64,000 bases of DNA from Flavobacteriales bacterium (lineage in GTDB: Bacteria; Bacteroidota; Bacteroidia; Flavobacteriales_D; UBA2798). The notes under the pieces were generated by a model that was not told the origin of the DNA, did no database searches, and saw only the letters and a program-made list of their open reading frames with translations. Shown here piece by piece: positions 19,497 through 29,027 of the stretch (positions are counted from its first letter, which is position 1; each line of letters begins with the position of its first letter). A program made the position numbers and the translations under genes. The stretch covers positions 86,500 through 150,499 of the forward strand of contig JAIBBF010000002.1 of assembly GCA_019694795.1 (NCBI GenBank), in the 5' to 3' direction.

Positions 19497-22403
19497 TTAT
19501 TGCTTAATAATCCGCGATTTAAATTGTTGCTCAGATCCGGTAATTACCACTTGGTAAATTCCATTTCCTTCAGCATTCAGATCCAGGAGATAATTTGAAT
19601 TACCTGCGTTGAAATTCAGTTTGCGGTTAAACACTAATTTTCCGCTCATGTCAAATACCTGTACCTGCACAGCTTCAGAACGATTCATGCTCAGGTTCAG
19701 ATTAAATAATCCGGTAGAAGGATTTGGGTAAACCAACATGTTGCCTTCCATTAACAATTCTCCAACCGAAGAGTTGTTCGGAGCCGCAACCGTATTTCTG
19801 TTTGAACGTGTTGAATTGTGATTCACGGCACGATCTGAAACACAAGTAGCCGGTGCATAAACTTCAATAAAGTATTCACTGGAATCTACATTTGGAGTAT
19901 TCACATCGGTGTAGGTGAATTGAGTAGCGGGAACAGTATCAATAATCACCCAGCCGGTAGTGTAATGGTGTCTCCAGATAATTTGCTCTGTAAATCCAAA
20001 GCCGATATACGAATCCCAGCTTAAATCTACACTGGTAGTTTGTGTGCGATCGGCAAACAAGTGAATAGTTTTGTGCACCGGACTAAAGTCTGATTCATTT
20101 CCACAATCATCTACTGCGGTCATCACATATTTCCAGGATTGTACCATAGCGTTGGCTCCGTAATCGATGAACTGACTAAGGCTGTCGTAATCTACTGCAC
20201 CTACAAATTCAAATCCATTCAATTCGCAGGTCTCTCTGTAAATGTTGTAATGGTCGATATTGGTGGCCGACATATCTTTCTGCCAAACCACCAGGTTCAT
20301 ACCGGTTAAAGTATCTACAGTTACCAGGCAGATATCCTGACCAGCAACTATGTTTGACTCAAGGAAAACATGATAATTACCCTGACAACCTAAATCATCA
20401 GTGATGCTTAAGGTGTGCCATCCCGAATTTGCATTTAACAAATCTTCGTTGTTGTTGGTTCCATCCCATACCACAGAAGTGTAGATTCCTGAACCACCCT
20501 GAGGAGTAATGGAAATTTCACCATCATTGCCGCCACAAGTTGCATTCACATAGGTGTCCATCCCGTAATAAGGACCGAAACCTCCTGAAGAAACACTCAC
20601 ATTCATAGTGTCGGTACAGCCGGTAGCATCGGTTAAAATTACAGAGTAAAATCCTGCACCTAGTAAAGTTGCATTTTGAGTGGTTTGTCCACCTGCATTA
20701 GCACTCCATTGGTAGCTCACAGGTTGAACTCCTCCAAATGAATATGCCCATACCTCTGCATCATTTAAACCACACGAAGCGAGTTGAGCATAATAACCGT
20801 CTTGACGGAACATGTTCTGATCATTAATCGAAAAGCATTGTCCAACCATACATCCGGTTGCATCTGTAACAATTACCTGATAGGTACCAGGCGTAAGGTT
20901 GTTTTGGTCTTCTGTAGTTGTTCCGTTCGACCATTGGAAGCTAAAAGGTGCAACACCTCCGGTGATGGTTAAGTCAATGCTACCATTCGGATTTGTGCTA
21001 CATGTAGGTTGATTCACTACGCTATTGGAAATGTTAGGCGCATCTGTTCCGGTAACCTGAAAACTTAATGAACCCTGACAGCTATTTGCATCGCTGGCAA
21101 TTACCTGATACAAGCCTGGAGCAAGACTATCCGCAGAAAATCCAATATCACCATTCGACCATGTGATATCATAAGGTGAAGTGCCATTTAAAACGGTGAG
21201 GTTAGCAATAGCTGAAGGATTTCCGCAGGTTGTACTTGTGCTGGTTACATCAAGGGTAAGCGCATCAAAAATATTTGCAGTAAGGTTAATTGCACATCCA
21301 TATACGTCATATGCAGTAACGCCATAACTACCGGGACCAATATTGGATAGGGTATCTCCGTTGTATTCGAACCAATCCCACCAGAAATCAAAAGGTGCTG
21401 TTCCACCAATTGCCTCAACCCATGCTATTCCGTTATTTTGACCACAATCTGAATCTATTTTATGCAAAACTGCATCAAAGACCGGCGGATCAACTAAAGT
21501 GAAATTCCCTGAATTTGAACAACCATTAGCATCCGTTACATCTACTGTGTATGTACCCGGAAAAAGATTATTTACGTTGTAAACCGTATCGCCGGTTGAC
21601 CAGGAAACAGTAAAGGTTTGTGCACCCGAATAGCTATATGGGTAAATAGAAGCATAACCGGTATTCTCACCATGACAATGTGGATTGTTAAACCATAAAC
21701 CAAGATCAACTCCATTTTTTACATAAACCCCACCTGCATACGTTAATAAACCATCTGTAGAAGTTGTAATGTAAACATCATAGGCTCCAACCGCTTTTGT
21801 ACAGGAAATATCAAAATACCCAGAAATGTTGTCTGGAAAATCTGGAGGAGTTATGGAAGGAAAAAGGGTGTCTGAGGTTGAAGTGTGAATGAAATAAACA
21901 CTTTGATAGCTCAGGAAATCTGTACCTGCCCCGTAAAATGAAAAATAATTACTGGTAGTACCTAAATAAAAAGTATCGGCCGGATTAGGTACAATAAATG
22001 GAGACGAACCATTGATTACAAGGTGGTTTAGGGAGCTGTCGTTTGCCGTATAAGTATCATTCGGATAAGTCAGCCACACATCAATGTCATAGGTTGCGTA
22101 AGCTGATAAGTCAGCCGTAGTTGAAAAGGTAAATGGCTGGTAATAGTAAGCGAACAAATCGCTGGTAAGCGTAAATTGTTCCATTACAGGAGCGCCTCCA
22201 TTGATGGAATAATAAAACGTAATGATTTCACCGGTTAAAACGGTGTTCGGACCCCCATTGTAAATTTCAACGGAAACCTGTTCAGATGAAGTTAAATTCA
22301 CACCGGAAACAGGTGTATTATAACTGGTAAAAAACAAATCAGTTTGAGCGAATCCCCATACCGAAATAAAAAGGGAAACCAGCAGTAGACCGGATTTTTT
22401 CAT
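19497..22403 (-). CDS. SprB-repeat cell-surface protein with T9SS C-terminal sorting domain
   Basis: 968 aa. Signal peptide, then six Cys-bracketed repeats of about 70-78 aa (for example CSTNPNGSIDLTITGGVAPFSFQWSNGTTTEDQNNLTPGTYQVIVTDATGC). The C-terminus is typical of type A T9SS CTDs (LVYPNPSTGLFNLNL...VQVFDMSGKLV...GIYQVVI). Confidence 0.85.
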   Translation of the reverse strand: MKKSGLLLVSLFISVWGFAQTDLFFTSYNTPVSGVNLTSSEQVSVEIYNGGPNTVLTGEIITFYYSINGGAPVMEQFTLTSDLFAYYYQPFTFSTTADLSAYATYDIDVWLTYPNDTYTANDSSLNHLVINGSSPFIVPNPADTFYLGTTSNYFSFYGAGTDFLSYQSVYFIHTSTSDTLFPSITPPDFPDNISGYFDISCTKAVGAYDVYITTSTDGLLTYAGGVYVKNGVDLGLWFNNPHCHGENTGYASIYPYSYSGAQTFTVSWSTGDTVYNVNNLFPGTYTVDVTDANGCSNSGNFTLVDPPVFDAVLHKIDSDCGQNNGIAWVEAIGGTAPFDFWWDWFEYNGDTLSNIGPGSYGVTAYDVYGCAINLTANIFDALTLDVTSTSTTCGNPSAIANLTVLNGTSPYDITWSNGDIGFSADSLAPGLYQVIASDANSCQGSLSFQVTGTDAPNISNSVVNQPTCSTNPNGSIDLTITGGVAPFSFQWSNGTTTEDQNNLTPGTYQVIVTDATGCMVGQCFSINDQNMFRQDGYYAQLASCGLNDAEVWAYSFGGVQPVSYQWSANAGGQTTQNATLLGAGFYSVILTDATGCTDTMNVSVSSGGFGPYYGMDTYVNATCGGNDGEISITPQGGSGIYTSVVWDGTNNNEDLLNANSGWHTLSITDDLGCQGNYHVFLESNIVAGQDICLVTVDTLTGMNLVVWQKDMSATNIDHYNIYRETCELNGFEFVGAVDYDSLSQFIDYGANAMVQSWKYVMTAVDDCGNESDFSPVHKTIHLFADRTQTTSVDLSWDSYIGFGFTEQIIWRHHYTTGWVIIDTVPATQFTYTDVNTPNVDSSEYFIEVYAPATCVSDRAVNHNSTRSNRNTVAAPNNSSVGELLMEGNMLVYPNPSTGLFNLNLSMNRSEAVQVQVFDMSGKLVFNRKLNFNAGNSNYLLDLNAEGNGIYQVVITGSEQQFKSRIIKQ
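20355..21689 (-). repeat. six tandem SprB-type protein repeats (coding)
   Basis: Residues ~239-683 of the 968-aa protein. Recurrent pattern C..(N/G)G.(I/A)...(GG)..P(F/Y)...W......(L)..G.Y.V...D..GC. Confidence 0.7.
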
Positions 22404-22499
22404 AAAGTAGTTTAAGTTTGATGCGAAATTAAAACAATTTAGTGACCTAAACCAAACATTTCATCATTGAAAAACAATGATTTATCGAACGGTATTCAA

Positions 22500-24259
22500 T
22501 TAGAAATCGATATCCAGATTTAAACGCTTTTGGAGCAGGATCAAATGCGGGTTTTTTTCCGCCATTTTTTTGAATTTATCCTTGTTGGTATAGAGAAATG
22601 TATCGTCGCCACTGTCTTCTATTGTCGTTTCCAGTGTAATAGCGAAATTATTTAGCTTCTTCCGAATCATTTCGAGCAGATCCTGCTTTTCACGTTCGAG
22701 TCCGCCTTCCTGTGTTTTATTATCGATCGACAAAACGATTTTGTAATCTTCCTGCAGCATTGGAGCTCGTTTGCTGAGGGTAACCACAATGGAGTCCTTG
22801 CCCAGATTTTTATAGTGAAGCACGATATCCGTCCAGGCCGCATCAAATTCTTCACGCGTGAAAGGAGTTACTGGTCCGCTCACCGTTCCGTTTTCATTTT
22901 GCGAATCCTGGTTTTCGGCGATGCTTCGCTTGTTCCGGTAATCGCTGATGTTGATGGTGTTCAACTTGGTAATATCGCGGGTAACGGGAATGGTGTGCCC
23001 GTCTTTTTCTATAGCTGCCGGAGCCTCACTTGCTTTTTTAACAGCGGTGGATGCAGAGGCAGAAATACTTCGTACCGTTTTATTTTGCGCAGAAAGATAA
23101 TTGGGATTTCCAGCCTGGTTTTTAGGTGGAAGGATGGGTATTAATTCAAGTTTTTTTTTTCTCCCTGAGGATCGAGGGAGCAGGCTTGCATCAGGGTGAG
23201 TTCTACCAGCAGACGTTGATTTTTTGATGCTTTATAGGAAACATCGCAACGGCTATATAATTCCAGTGCCTGAATAAGAACCTGCACCGGTGCCGCTTTT
23301 GCTTGTTGCTGATAACGGTCTTTGATGGACTCGGATGTTTCCAGCAGCACCAATGTTTGCGGGTCTTTGCAAACCAGCAAATCACGGAAGTGCGATGCCA
23401 GTCCGTTAATGAAAATATGTCCGTCGAAACCTTTTTTAAGAATCTCATCAAAAATAATGAGCACACTTTTAATATCCTGTGCAAGAATGGCGTCAGTCAC
23501 CCGGAAGTAATAGTCGTAATCAAGGATATTGAGGTTGTCAATAACCGCTTTGTAACTGATGTCATTCCCGGCAAATGAAACGATCTGATCGAAAATGGAA
23601 AGTGCATCGCGTAAACCTCCATCTGCTTTTTGGGCGATGATATGTAAGGCTTCAGGATCGGCAGTAATTCCTTCGTTGGCAGCAATTTTTTGAAGATGCT
23701 GCGTGATATCGGAAATTTTAATCCGGTTAAAATCGAAAATCTGACAACGGGATAAAATCGTAGGAATGATTTTGTGTTTTTCCGTTGTGGCAAGAATAAA
23801 GATAGCGTGACGTGGAGGCTCTTCGAGTGTTTTCAAAAAGGCATTGAATGCACCGGTAGAGAGCATGTGAACCTCGTCGATAATATATACTTTGTACTGA
23901 CCTAATTGTGGTGCAAAACTGACCTGCTCAATCAAGGCACGGATTGCGTCGACTCCATTATTGGAAGCCGCATCCAACTCATAAATGTTGAGTGATCGTC
24001 CCTCATTAAAAGATTTGCAGGATTCGCATTGGTCGCAGGCTTCGGTGTTCGACTGCAAATCCATGCAATTGATGGTTTTTGCCAAAATACGGGCACAGGT
24101 GGTTTTTCCAACACCGCGCGGACCGCAAAACAAAAAGGCCTGAGCCAGGTGTTTATTGGCAATGGCATTCTTCAGCGTAGAGGTAATAGAACCCTGACCC
24201 ACAACCGTGTCGAAGGTTTGGGGACGATACTTCCTGGCCGAAACAATGAAATTTTCCAT
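22500..24259 (-). CDS. dnaX: DNA polymerase III subunit tau (full length requires a -1 shift, or one extra A, in the A10 run at 23151-23160)
   Basis: The N-terminal 369 codons are clearly DnaX: Walker A GPRGVGKTT, zinc module CDQCESCKSF, Walker B YIIDEVHML and the SRC motif ILSRCQIF. The -1 frame is open from at least 23171 down to the stop at 22500. It encodes a P/A/S-rich linker and then a structured C-terminal domain. Confidence 0.8.
23141..24259 (-). CDS. dnaX: DNA polymerase III gamma-like product (zero-frame ORF, 372 aa)
   Basis: Zero-frame translation ends ...DPQGEKKNLN*, 3 codons after the A10 run. Confidence 0.85.
   Translation of the reverse strand: MENFIVSARKYRPQTFDTVVGQGSITSTLKNAIANKHLAQAFLFCGPRGVGKTTCARILAKTINCMDLQSNTEACDQCESCKSFNEGRSLNIYELDAASNNGVDAIRALIEQVSFAPQLGQYKVYIIDEVHMLSTGAFNAFLKTLEEPPRHAIFILATTEKHKIIPTILSRCQIFDFNRIKISDITQHLQKIAANEGITADPEALHIIAQKADGGLRDALSIFDQIVSFAGNDISYKAVIDNLNILDYDYYFRVTDAILAQDIKSVLIIFDEILKKGFDGHIFINGLASHFRDLLVCKDPQTLVLLETSESIKDRYQQQAKAAPVQVLIQALELYSRCDVSYKASKNQRLLVELTLMQACSLDPQGEKKNLN
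23151..23160 (-). other. A10 homopolymer (T10 on the + strand): candidate slippage/frameshift site in dnaX
   Basis: Read directly: the minus strand is G-AAAAAAAAAA-C, spanning codons GAA AAA AAA AAC. Confidence 0.6.
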
Positions 24260-24366
24260 CTTTGAGGCACAAATATAAGATGAAGCTGAGCCAGGGCGAG
24301 GAAATGTGTATAACTTTTAGGAACAGCCTTTTTAGTTGAAAACCTTGTTTCGTGCTTCCTTTTTTC

Positions 24367-24374
24367 TATCTTTG
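24367..24374 (+). promoter_or_regulatory. Bacteroidota -7 promoter box (TATCTTTG) for rpsF-rpsR-rplI
   Basis: Perfect TAnnTTTG 50 nt upstream of the rpsF ATG. A TTG at 24345-24347 sits 19 nt upstream, which fits -33 spacing. Confidence 0.45.
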
Positions 24375-24424
24375 CCGTCCGGTTTATTCCGGAGAAATAG
24401 CAAATAATTCAAAATCAATAAATT

Positions 24425-24787
24425 ATGTCTAACCGTTACGAAACTGTTTTCATTTTGACTCCCGTTTTGTCTGATGATCAGGCAAAGGAAGCAGTTGCAA
24501 AGTTCAAGGGTATCCTGAAGGATCTCAAAGCTAAGGTCGTTCACGACGAGTTTTGGGGCCTGAAGAAACTGGCTTATCCTATCCAGAAAAAAACGACCGG
24601 ATTCTATCAACTCATCGAGTTTGATGCAGATGCGGAAGTAATTGCTCGTCTGGAAGTGGAATACCGCCGCGATGAACGTGTGCTGCGTTTCCTTACTGTG
24701 AAACTCGACAAACATGCTGTTGCTTACAACGAAAGAAAGCGCAGCGGCGAAACCGCCAAGCCACGTAAAAAAGAAAAGGCTTCCTAA
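24425..24787 (+). CDS. rpsF: 30S ribosomal protein S6
   Basis: [19 protein letters not shown]... is a typical S6 N-terminus, followed by a basic C-terminal tail. Confidence 0.95.
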   Translation: MSNRYETVFILTPVLSDDQAKEAVAKFKGILKDLKAKVVHDEFWGLKKLAYPIQKKTTGFYQLIEFDADAEVIARLEVEYRRDERVLRFLTVKLDKHAVAYNERKRSGETAKPRKKEKAS

Positions 24788-24818
24788 GCCCATTGTAAAA
24801 CCCTAAAAAAGAACTGAA

Positions 24819-25085
24819 ATGTCAGTAGATAACGATATTCGCTATTTGACCCCCATCAGCATTGAAACGACAAAAGAAAAATATTGTCGTTTTAAGAAAT
24901 CAGGTATCAAATACATCGATTACAAAGACCCCAATTTCTTATTGAAATTCGTAAACGAACAAGGAAAAATTCTTCCACGTCGTGTAACAGGAACCTCTTT
25001 AAAATTTCAGCGCAAAGTATCTCAGGCGGTGAAGCGTGCTCGTCACCTTTCCCTGATGCCGTATGTAGCTGATATGCTGAAATAA
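24819..25085 (+). CDS. rpsR: 30S ribosomal protein S18
   Basis: [17 protein letters not shown]...[31 protein letters not shown]. Confidence 0.95.
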   Translation: MSVDNDIRYLTPISIETTKEKYCRFKKSGIKYIDYKDPNFLLKFVNEQGKILPRRVTGTSLKFQRKVSQAVKRARHLSLMPYVADMLK

Positions 25086-25108
25086 TAACCTTTTAGAATC
25101 AAATAGTC

Positions 25109-25555
25109 ATGGAAGTAATTCTCAAGAAAGACATCGATAAACTCGGCTACAAAGATGATGTAGTGAAGGTTCGCGACGGTTATGGTCGTAATTTCCTCAT
25201 CCCAAAAGGTTATGCTGAGGTTGCTACAGAATCAGCAAAGAAAATGCTTGCTGAAAATCTGAAACAACGTGCTCACAAAGAAGCTAAAGTTCGCGCTGAA
25301 GCTGAGAAAATGGCAGCTGCACTGAAAGGTGTAACTGTAAAAGTTGGAGCAAAAGCCGGCGAGAGCGGTAAAATTTTCGGAAGTGTTAACACCATTCAGG
25401 TGGCTGATGCTCTGAAAAAATTAGGTTATGATTTTGATCGTAAACATATCTCGATTAAAAACGAACCAATTAAAGTTCTCGGTACTTACGAAGCGGTAAT
25501 CCGTCTTCATAAGGATATCACAGAAACCATCACTTTCGAAGTGGTAGAAGAATAA
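25109..25555 (+). CDS. rplI: 50S ribosomal protein L9
   Basis: MEVILKKDIDKLGYKDDVVKVRDGYGRNFLIPKGYA. Confidence 0.95.
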   Translation: MEVILKKDIDKLGYKDDVVKVRDGYGRNFLIPKGYAEVATESAKKMLAENLKQRAHKEAKVRAEAEKMAAALKGVTVKVGAKAGESGKIFGSVNTIQVADALKKLGYDFDRKHISIKNEPIKVLGTYEAVIRLHKDITETITFEVVEE

Positions 25556-25572
25556 TAGATCATTCTTTACGG

Positions 25573-25602
25573 AAAACCCTGACCATTGTGTCGGGGTTTT
25601 TT
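25573..25602 (+). terminator. rho-independent terminator after rplI
   Basis: Stem CCCTGAC / GTCGGGG (one G-U pair), loop CATTGT, followed by T6. Confidence 0.7.
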
Positions 25603-25625
25603 GTTTATTGAAGTATATTTTAAAC

Positions 25626-26891
25626 ATGAAAATCCTTCTGGAAAAATACCTTCGTTCAGGTTTTATCCGCAATGTGTTTACACTGGCGGCCGGATCGGGA
25701 TTGGCGCAAATTATTTCGGTTGCCAGCAATATTATTCTCGCCAAGTATTTTTTTCCGCCGGAAGATTTTGCGATTTACGCCGTGTTTTTTTCCTGGTTTC
25801 AACCTTTAAGCATCGTTGGTGCATTGCGACTGGAAGTAGCCATTCCCATGCCTGCGGGCGACGAAGAGGCTGTTGCCTTGACAAAAACAGCAATACGGGT
25901 TGGACTCCTCACTAGTTTTCTTTCTTTGATGGGTGTCAGCTTGTGGTTTTTCATATCACGATATTTTGGTTTAAATACCGCTCAGGGATTTTACTTTTTA
26001 TTACCCATCACCGTGTTCTCCGGAATACTCATGCAGAGTTATAATGTTCTGTCGGTACGATGGGAAAATTACAGAAACAACGCTACCAGCAGGGTGCTTA
26101 CCAATGTAGTTATAGCGCTTGTTTCTATTCTGCTTGGTTACCTGAGTTTTGGACCCGAAGGATTAATCATCGGATTGTTTAGCGGCCAGTTTGCCGGTGC
26201 TATCTACATGTATTTTTCCATGCATCATCGCATACGGTCCACATCACCCTACCAGGGTGAAAATTTATTTAAGAAATACCGCGAATTTATCTGGATAAAT
26301 ACCCCGCATGCATTTGTGGATACCCTTCAACTGACCGGTACCGTTTTTTTATTGCGATGGTTGTTTAACGACGAAATTGTTGGTTGGTTTTTCCTGTCGT
26401 GGCGCATATTAAAAATGCCTTTGACTTTTATGGGAACTGCCGTTTATCAGGTGTTTTATACGCGGGCAAGCAAAGCCTATCACACCGGTGAAGATATACG
26501 TCCGGCCATTCGGAAAATTTATGGTCAGATGTTTTTACTCGGACTCCCCATTTGCATTGTGCTGTTGATTGGTGGTCCCTATTTGTTTGCACTTGTTTTT
26601 GGAGAAGAATGGAGAGGTGCCGGCGAATTATCGAAAATCATGGCGATATGGTTGTTTGCCAATTTTATCGTTTCACCGGTTTCGTGTATGGCCATGATTC
26701 ACCAACAGCAGGGAAAAGCCTTTATGCTGGCCATTATGGAATTACTGATTCGCTTTGGATCCTTAATTCTTGGTGAAGCACTGGGTGGTTTGGAAGGCGG
26801 TTTCTGGATGATGTCCATTTCCAGTACATTCCTGATGATTTTTATGATGTACTGGTACATTTCCATTTCCCGTCCAATTATCCAACATTGA
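25626..26891 (+). CDS. Wzx-like polysaccharide flippase (oligosaccharide flippase family)
   Basis: About 12 TM segments. N-terminus MKILLEKYLRSGFIRNVFTLAAGSGLAQIISVASNIILAKYF is typical of RfbX/Wzx exporters. The track start at 25608 is a TTG, so the ATG at 25626 is preferred. Confidence 0.75.
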   Translation: MKILLEKYLRSGFIRNVFTLAAGSGLAQIISVASNIILAKYFFPPEDFAIYAVFFSWFQPLSIVGALRLEVAIPMPAGDEEAVALTKTAIRVGLLTSFLSLMGVSLWFFISRYFGLNTAQGFYFLLPITVFSGILMQSYNVLSVRWENYRNNATSRVLTNVVIALVSILLGYLSFGPEGLIIGLFSGQFAGAIYMYFSMHHRIRSTSPYQGENLFKKYREFIWINTPHAFVDTLQLTGTVFLLRWLFNDEIVGWFFLSWRILKMPLTFMGTAVYQVFYTRASKAYHTGEDIRPAIRKIYGQMFLLGLPICIVLLIGGPYLFALVFGEEWRGAGELSKIMAIWLFANFIVSPVSCMAMIHQQQGKAFMLAIMELLIRFGSLILGEALGGLEGGFWMMSISSTFLMIFMMYWYISISRPIIQH

Positions 26892-26952
26892 TTGTTAGGA
26901 TTTCCCTCTGCATCACGGATGTGTTTTGCTCATTATCGTATCTTTGAATTCT

Positions 26953-27792
26953 ATGTCGGCCGTTAAAATCATTATTGAACCGGGTTCTGCTTCGAAGCAT
27001 TACTGGAAAGATATCTGGCAGTACAGAGGATTATTGTTCTTTCTGGCATGGCGCGATTTGGCTGTACGTTATAAGCAAACCGTTATCGGTGTTTTGTGGG
27101 CATTAATTCGTCCCTTGTTAACCATCGGTGTTGCTGCATTTATCAATTGGATCAATCACCGTTCACAGAGTGAAGGAGTGCCCGTGTTGGTGATGTCGAC
27201 CATTGCCACCATTCCCTGGATTTTGTTCTCCTCGATTTTTGGTGAATCGTCGAATTCCTTAATTGCGAATTCGAATTTGCTCACCAAAGTTTATTTCCCG
27301 CGATTGATTGTTCCTTTAAGTACCATTCTTGTCTGTCTGGTTGATTTTGCGATTTCACTGGTGATTTTATTGGCCGTGATGCTTATTTATCATGTGGTAC
27401 CGGGAGTTGAAATCCTTTTGTTGCCCTTGTTTATTCTACTCACCATTATCGCTGCAAGTGGAGCCGGATTTTGGATGGCATCACTGAATGTGAAGTACAG
27501 AGATTTCAGATACATCATTCCGGTAATTACGCAATTCGGATTATTTGTTTCTCCGATTTTATTTTCAAGCGCTGATATTTACCAGAGTTCGTATCCGGAA
27601 TGGTTGAAATACATCTGGAGTATAAATCCGATGGTGGTGGTAATTGAAGGATTTAAATGTTCGTTTTTGGGTGCAGAACAATTTGTTTTCCATCCGGGAA
27701 TGTATGTCTCCTTAAGTACAGGTTTTGTTTTATTGTTTTTCGGGATTTGGTATTTCAGAAAAACAGAAAGAGGATTTGCCGACGTGATTTAA
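26953..27792 (+). CDS. wzm: ABC-2 type polysaccharide export permease
   Basis: YWKDIWQYRGLLFFLAWRDLAVRYKQTVIGVLWALIRPLL is the canonical Wzm/TagG N-terminal motif. Six TM segments. Confidence 0.85.
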   Translation: MSAVKIIIEPGSASKHYWKDIWQYRGLLFFLAWRDLAVRYKQTVIGVLWALIRPLLTIGVAAFINWINHRSQSEGVPVLVMSTIATIPWILFSSIFGESSNSLIANSNLLTKVYFPRLIVPLSTILVCLVDFAISLVILLAVMLIYHVVPGVEILLLPLFILLTIIAASGAGFWMASLNVKYRDFRYIIPVITQFGLFVSPILFSSADIYQSSYPEWLKYIWSINPMVVVIEGFKCSFLGAEQFVFHPGMYVSLSTGFVLLFFGIWYFRKTERGFADVI

Positions 27793-27793
27793 T

Positions 27794-29026
27794 ATGGCTA
27801 ACGCGATTATAAAAGTTGAAGGTTTAAGTAAACGATATGTGTTGCAGCATAATCGTACAGAACGCTATATGACTTTTCGCGATATGCTCACCAGTGGATT
27901 CCGGAAATCGGCTTCCGTTTCTAAATCTGATTTCTGGGCGCTGAATAATGTTTCATTTGATGTTCAGGCTGGAGATCGAGTTGGAATTGTGGGAAGGAAT
28001 GGAGCGGGTAAATCAACCTTGCTAAAAATTTTAAGCCGTATTGTTGATCCAACAAAAGGAAGAATAGAAATTAATGGTCGACTCGCCTCTTTGCTTGAAG
28101 TGGGTACCGGTTTTCATCCTGAATTAAGCGGGCGAGAAAATGTTTTTCTGAATGGTTCCATTTTGGGGATGTCGCGCAGTGAAATTGCACGGAAGTTTGA
28201 TGAGATCGTAGCCTTTGCTGAGGTAGGGAAATTTATTGATACACCTGTAAAACGATATTCGAGCGGAATGTATGTGCGATTGGCATTTGCGGTTGCTGCA
28301 CATCTTGAACCGGAAATTTTGGTGGTGGATGAAGTATTGGCTGTGGGTGATTCTGAATTTCAAAAAAAATGCATCGGCAAAATGAAGGAAGTTTCTTCGG
28401 ATGGAAGAACGATTTTGTTTGTGAGTCACAATATGGCCGCCGTGCAGAATCTGTGCAACAAATCTATTTTTCTAAAGCATGGCGAGTTGGTGGATTACGG
28501 TGATACCTCGCTGATATTACCGAAATATTTAAAAAGTACCGACCAGGGTTCGAGTGTGGATTTACGTTCGCGTGCCGACCGCTCCGGTTCCGGCCTTATT
28601 CGTTTTACAGCGTTTGATGTTTGTGATTCGAAGGGAGAACAATTGTTGACTCCGCAAACCGGACAAGATGTGATGCTTCGTTTTGCATTTGAAAAAAACG
28701 GCGAAGTAAATCGTTTACATCTGGCAGTGGGTATAGATGATGAATACGGAACACGCATTACGCATTTGAGCAATGAAGTGACCAATCAGATTTTTGAAAA
28801 AGTAGAAAAGGATCAGCACTACATCCAAATTCACATACCTCAATTACCGTTAAAAAATGGAAGCTATTCATTTACGCTTTATTCAACCGTAAATGGCGAA
28901 TTAGCCGATTATATTCAGAATGCCGGTAGCTTTTTTGTGGAGTCGGGCGATTTTTATGGAACGGGAAAACTTCCGCCCGAGGGACAAGGAAATTTTTTAT
29001 TGAAGCATCATTTTACACTTTCATAA
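27794..29026 (+). CDS. wzt: polysaccharide export ABC transporter ATP-binding protein with ~165-aa C-terminal extension
   Basis: Walker A GRNGAGKSTLLK, signature YSSGMYVRLAFA and Walker B ILVVDEVLAVGD. The extra C-terminal domain (residues ~245-410) is comparable in size to Wzt carbohydrate-binding domains. Confidence 0.88.
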   Translation: MANAIIKVEGLSKRYVLQHNRTERYMTFRDMLTSGFRKSASVSKSDFWALNNVSFDVQAGDRVGIVGRNGAGKSTLLKILSRIVDPTKGRIEINGRLASLLEVGTGFHPELSGRENVFLNGSILGMSRSEIARKFDEIVAFAEVGKFIDTPVKRYSSGMYVRLAFAVAAHLEPEILVVDEVLAVGDSEFQKKCIGKMKEVSSDGRTILFVSHNMAAVQNLCNKSIFLKHGELVDYGDTSLILPKYLKSTDQGSSVDLRSRADRSGSGLIRFTAFDVCDSKGEQLLTPQTGQDVMLRFAFEKNGEVNRLHLAVGIDDEYGTRITHLSNEVTNQIFEKVEKDQHYIQIHIPQLPLKNGSYSFTLYSTVNGELADYIQNAGSFFVESGDFYGTGKLPPEGQGNFLLKHHFTLS

Positions 29027-29027
29027 C

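Noticed and set aside
24378-24393. Hairpin TCCGG-TTTATT-CCGGA between the rpsF -7 box and the start codon. I considered it as an S6:S18 autoregulatory leader.
   Set aside because: The stem starts only ~4 nt after the -7 box. The predicted transcription start would fall inside or after the 5' arm. The stem is only 5 bp, and I cannot verify the conserved features of the rpsF leader motif by eye.
24332-24793. 153-aa minus-strand ORF antisense to rpsF. Similar long antisense ORFs lie at 161-505, 33696-34148, 41989-42402 and 54245-54790.
   Set aside because: Each lies entirely opposite a confidently identified gene (S6, a secreted protein, GT2, DegT, the MORN protein). Their sequences are low-complexity or biased and have no recognisable motifs. 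They are best explained as shadow ORFs caused by codon bias.
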